This document shows, in pieces, positions 56,572 to 64,000 of a DNA stretch of 64,000 bases. The stretch is taken from contig OX597815.1 of assembly GCA_951406725.2 (NCBI GenBank), forward strand, positions 42,160,001-42,224,000, given 5' to 3'. This DNA is from Octopus vulgaris (Eukaryota). The notes under the pieces were generated by a model, which searched no databases, was not told the origin of the DNA, and saw nothing but the letters and a program-made list of their open reading frames with translations. Position 1 is the first letter of the stretch; every line of letters starts with the position of its first letter. The position numbers and the translations under genes were made by a program.

Positions 56572-56965
56572 GCAGACATTGTACTTTTAGTGGATGAATC
56601 AAAAATAATGAAAAGAATGCCAGTCGACTCAAAGAACATATGAGTATGTCTCTTGACCTTAAGTCAGAGCAAATAAATAGAATTTGCATTTAATAGATAT
56701 TTGCATAAAGACAAAATTCTTCGGAAAAAGCTATTTTACAACCCAACCAGGACATTTAAATATTCAAGCCATATATTTACTGTTAATCATGTGTTCTCAT
56801 AAATATTGGAAGATTGACCAAAGTTGGGAATGTAATTTGAATAATTAGTAATTTGTTAATAACGACTGACTTCTGTTCAAAGAGCAACATTCTTAGAAAA
56901 CAAATGATTTACCGATTTGAAAACAAATTACAGCAAATTGAACTGTTTGCAAGTCAACCTTTTGG
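56572..56965 (+). pseudogene. Decayed vWA-domain exon
   Basis: ADIVLLVDESK; IEFAFNRYLHKDKIL; IELFASQP. Confidence 0.55.
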
Positions 56966-57162
56966 TGTTATTTATCCTCATTACGTACACACACACAAAC
57001 ATGCCTGCATACATACATAATATATACATACATACATACATACATACATACATACAAACACAGACATGACAGAAGTAAATAGAATCCCATAAAACATGGT
57101 TTTTTTGTTTATTCTAACTTGTATTAATTGATATTTTTATGTTTCAGATTTTATACATTATA

Positions 57163-57299
57163 TACATTATTTATATTTGACGGATATTTGTCCTCATCTT
57201 GTTTGTTGTTAAAATAACGTTTCGGCTGATATACCCTCCAGCCTTTATCAGGTTTCTTGGGGAAATTTCGAACCCGGGTACCAAAAAAGGTATTTTTGA

Positions 57300-57365
<66 letters not shown>

Positions 57366-57692
57366 GGTCACTGCCTAGAATCTTGGGATTAGTAGCTCGC
57401 GCTTTTAATCACTACGCTCACGGGCATATGGCGTAGTGGTTAAAAGCGCGAGCTACTAATCCCAAGATTCCGAGTTCGATTCTAGGCAGTGACCTTAATA
57501 ATAATAATAACATCAAAAATATCTTAGGAATGAGAACCCAGGTTTGAAATTTCCCCAAGAAACCTGATGAAGGCTGGAGGGTATATTAGCCGAAATGTTG
57601 TGTTAACAACAAACAAGATGAGGACAAATATCCTTCAAATATAAATAACGTAAATAATGTACATAATTCCTCATCTCTTGAATATAGAACTG
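57163..57692. mobile_element. Head-to-head inverted pair of a tRNA-head/(AAT)n/hammerhead element
   Basis: Arms 57163-57417 and 57431-57662; A box TGGCGTAGTGG (57429), B box GAGTTCGATTC (57472). Confidence 0.85.
57558..57605 (+). ncRNA. Minimal type-I hammerhead ribozyme motif (mutated copy)
   Basis: CTGATGA-A-GGCTG-gagggtatat-TAGCC-GAAA-TGTT; the inverted copy at 57226-57251 reads CTGATAA-A-GGCTG..CAGCC-GAAACGTT. Confidence 0.65.
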
Positions 57693-57725
57693 TTCAGGTT
57701 TTATATATGACTGTTTAATCATGCC

Positions 57726-57950
57726 ATGTACAAAAGAAGTCTTGTAACTGTCTGAATTTCAAAGAGGGGGTATTGTGGGTCATTTTGAAGGGAGACAGCG
57801 TAAAATCGCAGAAAACCTTGGGATTCTGCTTTCTACAGTTAATAGAGCTATTGCGCAATTCACTAGAGAGGGGAAGGAGTCCACATCACCTCACCTAGAT
57901 CAACCAGAGCCCTCTGACAGGACCTTTCCCACTGTTAAGAGAAGTGTGGA
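57726..57950 (+). mobile_element. Tc1 transposase N-terminal HTH fragment
   Basis: SEFQRG.IVG..RQRKIAENLGILLSTVNRAIAQF. Confidence 0.7.
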
Positions 57951-58422
57951 GGATGGGAAAGAGTGGAGGGGTGGGTGGAGTGTGGGTGGACTCTGAATTA
58001 TAATAATTATTATTTTTATACAGTATCCCATCTTGAAAATGAATATTTGGCGCGGTTGTAGCACCTCGGAATTTTATCATCATGCTTGTCTTCCAGGTTC
58101 TCATTATTCAGAAGCATATTCAATGCTTCCTCAAGGCAAAGGCCGTATTTGCTGAATAGCGAATTACATGGGTGTGCATTTTTTATTATTGTCCATTCTA
58201 TTATGTATTTAATTTTTGATTCTTTCAGTCTTCATATTAGATCTGCCAGTGAAGTTGCGTGTCGTTTGTTTATCTTTCGGAATGACGAGATATGGTTGTG
58301 ATAACAGACTTTGAATTGTGTAGTAAATATACAAATATGCATTTTCAAGATGGGACACCGTATCAAAATAATAATAATTTAGGTTCCCCCACTCTACCCA
58401 CCCCTCCACTTTCTCCCATCCC
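57950..58422. repeat. MITE-like element with ~95-bp imperfect TIRs
   Basis: GGATGGGAAAGAGTGGAGGGGTGGGT..CCCATCTTGAAAATG versus CATTTTCAAGATGGG..ACCCACCCCTCCACTTTCTCCCATCC. Confidence 0.75.
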
Positions 58423-58433
58423 ATATGTACATG

Positions 58434-58480
<47 letters not shown>

Positions 58481-58728
58481 GTGTGTATGTATATACATAC
58501 ATACATACATACAGATTATATATATATATATATATATATATTGGGGTGCCCCTAAATATATCTAAGCACAAACACATATGTAAATAAGTGTATGTGTGTA
58601 TATGTATGTGTATGAATGTATTTGTTGATCGGTGTATGTATATATATACGTATATAAGTAATTGTATATGTATGAATGTATCTGTGAGTGTAACTGTGCG
58701 TGCATATGGGCATGTATACATGAATCTA

Positions 58729-60019
58729 CGAGGGGCGTTCAATAAGTAATGCCCCTGACCCACTTCCCATAGCAGTAGAGCAACGAAACTTGGCACAGTT
58801 ATTAGTCTTTTTCTACATAAGAACCACCCAGAGTTACGCATTTCTCCCATTGTTTGATGCAGCTCTGCAGACCGTTTTTGTAGAAGACCCCAGCTTGGTC
58901 CTCCAACCACGACGTGACTTCAGAAATCAAGGCTGCATCATCTGGGAAACGCTTTCCTTTCAAAAAAACTTTATGGCTGGGAAGAGGTGAAAATCAGAGG
59001 GTGCAAGGTCAGGAGAGTAGGGGGATGGGGGAGGAGTTCATAGCCGCACGCCTGTGCTTCTGATCAGGCGACAAGCGAGTTGTGGACCGGAGCGTTGTCC
59101 TGCAGGAGGAGGATGCCTTTGCTGATTTTGCCCCGCCTCTTGATTTTGATAGCTTCTCTCAATTTCCTCAAAAGTGAAGCATAATAGGCTCCTGTAATTG
59201 TGGTACCCTTTGCCAGGAAATCTGTCATCACTACTCCGTCCTGGTCCCAGAAGACTGTGAGCATGACCTTGCCAGTGGAGGGCTGCACCCTTGCCTTCGT
59301 TAGAGGAGGTGAGTCACGGTGCTTCCCCTGCATTGACTGGGCTTTGGTCTCTGGATCATAGTGATGGACCCAGGTTTCATCCTGTGTAATCAGTCTTTTG
59401 AAAAATTTTGTCTCATCTTCTTGGCACATCTTCAAATTCATCCTCGAGCACTCGACGCGTTCTTGCTTCTGGAAAGGTGTGAGCAACTTGGGAATCCATT
59501 TGGCAGACACCTTTTGCATATGCAAATGGTCATGAATGATAGCTTCCACAGACCCGGTACTAATCTTGACCTCATGGGCTATTTGGCGAATAGTTATGCG
59601 TCGATCTTTCAAAATGGCAGCCTCAACTTGACGGACAGATGCCTCATCAATGGCAGAAGGGGGACGACCAGACCTGGGAGCTGTTTCCACAGAGTTCCGA
59701 CCATGTTTGAATTCACAATGCCAGCGTTTTACAAGGTCATATGATGGGGCATCATCACCATAAGTTACTTTCATTTCATCAAAAGTCTCCCGTGGTGTGC
59801 GTCCTTTCAAATACAAAAACCGGATCACTGCTCGACACTCAACAGGCTCCATTTCACACTTGACTCAGTTCAAACACATGTAAATCAGAAACCACAATTA
59901 GTTCAGAGCTGTAATTTGCTACTTAATCTATAGAGATATAAATAATTGCACATGCAAAATTTCAGCTAGATCAAACAATTACAAGTGGGTCAGAGGTATT
60001 ACTTATTGAACGCCCCTCG
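58729..60019 (-). mobile_element. Full-length mariner transposon (~1.29 kb) with TA TSD
   Basis: TIRs CGAGGGGCGTTCAATAAGTAATGCCCCTGACCCACTT and AAGTGGGTCAGAGGTATTACTTATTGAACGCCCCTCG. Confidence 0.95.
58802..59852 (-). pseudogene. mariner DD34D transposase, premature stop plus frameshifting
   Basis: 262-aa ORF (WIPKLL, ITQDETWVHHYDPE, LLQDNAPVH) stops at 59064; continues out of frame as SPDLAPSDFHLF..WEKCVTLGGSYVEKD*. Confidence 0.92.
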
Positions 60020-60784
60020 TATGTGGGGAAGGATTTGTGTGTCTTTGGACCAATGAATACTGAAGGTCGGATAATAAAATTTCACAAGTGCAGCCTAAAA
60101 TGAGGAACAGATCAAAAATCGGATAGTACCAAAATAAACAGCCAATACATCCAATACTACTCATAGCAGGAACGCAGAAGCACGTTAGCATCAAGCGGAA
60201 TGAAACAGCCAGGGTCTACTGAATTCAAACAAGGCAGATGGATGTGTTAGCATCTAAGTCGTAGGTTTTTGAACTAACGGAGACAGCAATTGAATATCAG
60301 CTGCGGAAATACAACTGGATTCCATTGCACAGGTAAACGGTTGCATAATCAAATACCGGTATATATCAAGAACAATGTTGTATGGAAACATTTGTAGTGG
60401 TTAAAAAATAACTGTCCAACCGTTTTCACACACGACGAATACCCAAATCTAGACTTGGCAGAATATTGTAATACTACCGGCAATTCGGTAATTCTAAGGG
60501 TGAATGAGCTCTATGCTATACTCTGCTATTACACACTACATTATACATTACACATCACATCATACATACATACACACGTCCAGACCTTTCATACGCACCA
60601 CATACTCTCACATACACACACGCACCCTTATGTTGGGGCGAAGTCATTTGACCCTGTTATCTCCCCTATTTTCGCTCTTGCGTCCCACGTTTGATTTCTG
60701 ACTTCTGGCCAGAATCAGATCGCCATGTTGAAACGCTAGCTTCTGCATGCATTTTTTTCTCTCCTTGTTTCTCTCCGCGTTTCT

Positions 60785-60932
60785 TTTCTGTGTATCTTTC
60801 TGTTGAAGAGCGTAGGCTCGAAACGTAAAAGACTTGTTTTATTTATATTCCTGAGCGGCATACTAATACAATTGTTTGTCTGTACTCCACCTGCCTTCGT
60901 CTTTTGTTTATTTTCATAAAGCTTCCCGTTAT
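60785..60932 (+). mobile_element. Penelope-type terminal repeat with hammerhead-like motif (family 2)
   Basis: TCTTT-CTGTTGA-A-GAGC-GTAG-GCTC-GAAACGTA-AAAGA at 60795-60832. Confidence 0.55.
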
Positions 60933-60950
60933 ATATATATATATATATTT

Positions 60951-61069
60951 TTCGTAGATACCAACACGCTAAGAGGGACCAATGCGGTCAAAACTACTAA
61001 AAATAAATTTTGTTTATTTTTAGTAGTTTTGACCGCATTGGTCCCTCTTAGCGTGTTGGTATCTACGAA
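60951..61069. repeat. Perfect palindrome, 57-bp arms, 5-bp spacer
   Basis: 60951-61007 is the exact reverse complement of 61013-61069. Confidence 0.95.
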
Positions 61070-61194
61070 TAGTAGTACCCTCAATATAATATAAATGAAT
61101 ATTTTCAAAGAGGAAGAATTTACGGATTTTTTCTCTTATGAGGTTTTTCACGCTGACTACTGATAATTTCTTTTAAAGATTTTATCCTCAATTG

Positions 61195-61241
<47 letters not shown>

Positions 61242-62715
61242 TGTATATGCATTAATATATGTAATTATTAAATTACATATGATAACCTTTAATGTCTTTT
61301 GTTATGCACGTGATACCCCGGTCTGTGGAAAAGTTTTCTTGAATGAAACCGGTCTGTTGTGCTAAAAAGATTGGGGACTGCTTATATAATACATTTTATC
61401 CTCTCTAAAATTATGAACCCCGGCCAAAATAAACTTAACTATAACACAGAGTTAGGGTTGCTATCGTTATACAGACGCCCTTACGAACGAAGAGGAATGA
61501 GTGAAAGAAACAATAACCCAAAAGAAAGTTTAATGACAACTTCACTGTTTACATCAACAAGACACTCTAAATGCAATCGATTAAAATGGTACAGTGATAA
61601 CTTGTAAAACATTTGAAAGATTCTCTGAGTTTTGTTTTGAATGAGTATATTCATACATTTAAGTTTATGCTATTCATATGCACACACATACATGCACAAA
61701 GAGTAATTATAAACATCGTCACGTACTAAAGTGGCATAGAAACATCTACACATATTGCATGGGTATAAGTATATCACACACACCAACATATGTGTACACA
61801 GCTCAGTTACACTTTACAAATTCCTAGAACAGTCTTAACAAAAAACAAAACAGAAACAAGAATACAAAAATAAATCTCATCACTATATTGACGATCTGTT
61901 TGAATTCTGTGAATAAATTGATAATGAATTAATAATAAATTCTGTGAATAAATTTGATAAATCCCAAAGAAAAGCACACATGCATATAAACATTTATTTG
62001 CTTATATAAAGGGATATTATTCCATTATAACTATATCCATATAGACGAACATCCGACGAGAACTGCCGCATGATTGATGTAGGACAGCATTCAACGGATT
62101 TGTGGTATATATTATCTCCAGCTTTGATACCGTGACTCTCAGCCTGTTTAAAAAGTGACTGGTCGTCTGATCGTATTCATTGAACAAACCTCTTATTCAA
62201 GAGCGCAATAAAATTTGTCTCAAATTTCTATTCACCAAGCTGGGATTCTTCACAAAGAACATAACTGGAAGAGATAATGTTATCAACATTGGAAAAGAAC
62301 CGCAGATAAACAGCATGGGAAGAAAATAAATAAACAAAATCTTATTAGTTGCAGTTACAGAAGAAACCGAAACTATAACGTACATAATGACTAATATAAT
62401 CTTATTGCTATAAAATGTCAGAAAAGACCTATCTGTTGGCTACATGAATAGAATGAAAATATATTAAAGCAAATTTACCCTGAGCTAAATTACAACAGAA
62501 CATTTACGATAGCAAGCTATATTCGTCTGAATATAAGTGCGCTAATAATAGTAATGTATTGCCAAAAATTGTGAACAGTGAACAAATAATTGTTTCTAAC
62601 ATAGGCATCAGATGGTTAAGTAGATACTAGTATTTTTCATCGACTCTGGACGGATAAAATACAAATACACACCCCCACGTTTGAAGTGATGTACAGATAT
62701 TGTGTATTGAGAAAA

Positions 62716-62823
62716 AGGAGGCAGTCAGAATTTTGGATAATCCTTTATGATTTTGTCTTCACGATTTCGTAAACGAACGAAAGCGTTCATAAAGGATTAT
62801 CCAAAATTTTGATTGACCCCTCT
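62716..62823. repeat. Small MITE-like inverted repeat
   Basis: TCAGAATTTTGGATAATCCTTTATGA versus TCATAAAGGATTATCCAAAATTTTGA. Confidence 0.75.
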
Positions 62824-62829
62824 CTCTCA

Positions 62830-62876
<47 letters not shown>

Positions 62877-62944
62877 TGTATGTATGTATGTATGTATGTA
62901 TGTATGTATGTATGTATGTATGCATGTATGTATGTATGTATGCA

Positions 62945-62989
<45 letters not shown>

Positions 62990-64000
62990 CTGTGTTTGTC
63001 CCCCCCCCAACTACCACTTGATAACTGGTGTTGATGTGTTTACGTCTCTCTGAGTAAGTAGTAAGGCCAAATAAACTCATAGAATAAGAAAGATAAGTAC
63101 TAAGGGTGATTCGTTCGATAAAAATTCTTCAAGGCAGTGCCGCAACAAAACAAGTAAAATGTAAAACATAAAAGATACTATATACATTTCCTTTACACTT
63201 CCTTACAGAACAAATACCTCATTCATACGTACCCCGCTCTCAATATTTTGGCTAAAAAACACCTTTCTACACGCTTGTGCTAAATCCACTAACGTTTTTC
63301 ATACACCAAAGTATTTTTGTTGTAAACACAGCAACCATGTTTTTTTTTGTGATGTTCTCGACGAAGGAACATTTCCGAAACGTTGAATTCACTCCGGCTT
63401 TTTTGTTACAGCTTTATTATATACTTCTTACTTTTGAAAATATTTTGGTAGACGAGTTTTGTACAGAAGCTCACATTCTATTGAGTTACAGAAAGGAATT
63501 TATTTCCACTAACTTAAATTACTGAGTTTAAGAACCAACAAGAGAACCTTTAAGCAGCCACTTGACTTACTAGAAATAGAAACCAAATCTTCTTTATAGT
63601 CCATATAACGTCATCAGAAAATGAGAGCATATTGGAAAATGCATGCTAGACGCACCGTATTTAAAAAAATAAAAGTCAGACAGGTCATAGCTGGAACAGC
63701 TTTGATTATAGGAATGGCTTTCAGGTTAAACATAAACAACTGTTGTATGTTGAATATGAATAATAAAATACCGCTTTAATGATTCTAGTAAAATCTGTCA
63801 GCGTGTTTGTACTTATTTACATGCAGAAATAATGAGACACAACTAAAGCTGTTCTTCACCAGCATTATATATTTATTGATTGTCTATAATGTCCCAGGAC
63901 TAACACTTTCACTTTCTGATCTATAAAAATATACGAATCAGCAAAAATGGAAACAGACTATTGTTAACGATAGATTTTTGACAAGAAATCTATCTGTTAG

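Noticed and set aside
57422-57493. Possible tRNA gene
   Set aside because: Acceptor stem is poor and it is embedded in a repeated element; treated as a SINE-type head

Overview
AT-rich, repeat-dense eukaryotic (metazoan) DNA. The SINE families, (TA)n/(CA)n/(GA)n/(AAT)n microsatellite load and transposon mix suggest a cephalopod such as Octopus; this is an inference. No intact host gene is visible, and most listed ORFs are microsatellite artefacts. The window holds DNA transposons (near-complete Tigger/pogo and mariner copies, mariner/Tc1 fragments, hAT-Charlie, hATm-like, Helitron Rep-Hel plus two non-autonomous Helitrons). It also holds LINE fragments (RTE, CR1/Jockey-like, a 5-kb stack of R4/Dong-like restriction-endonuclease LINEs in AAT/AAC repeats), three tRNA-derived SINE families and Penelope-like remnants. 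Three things stand out. (1) A short element joins a tRNA-derived Pol III head, an (AAT)n spacer and a minimal type-I hammerhead-ribozyme motif, and sits as a head-to-head inverted duplication at 57.2-57.7 kb, with relatives elsewhere; it is a candidate Penelope-mobilised SINE/retrozyme. (2) A series of decayed, co-oriented vWA-domain exons across the window suggests a large fossil multi-vWA (collagen VI/matrilin-like) gene. (3) An intronless, decayed ABCA-transporter NBD lies on the minus strand.
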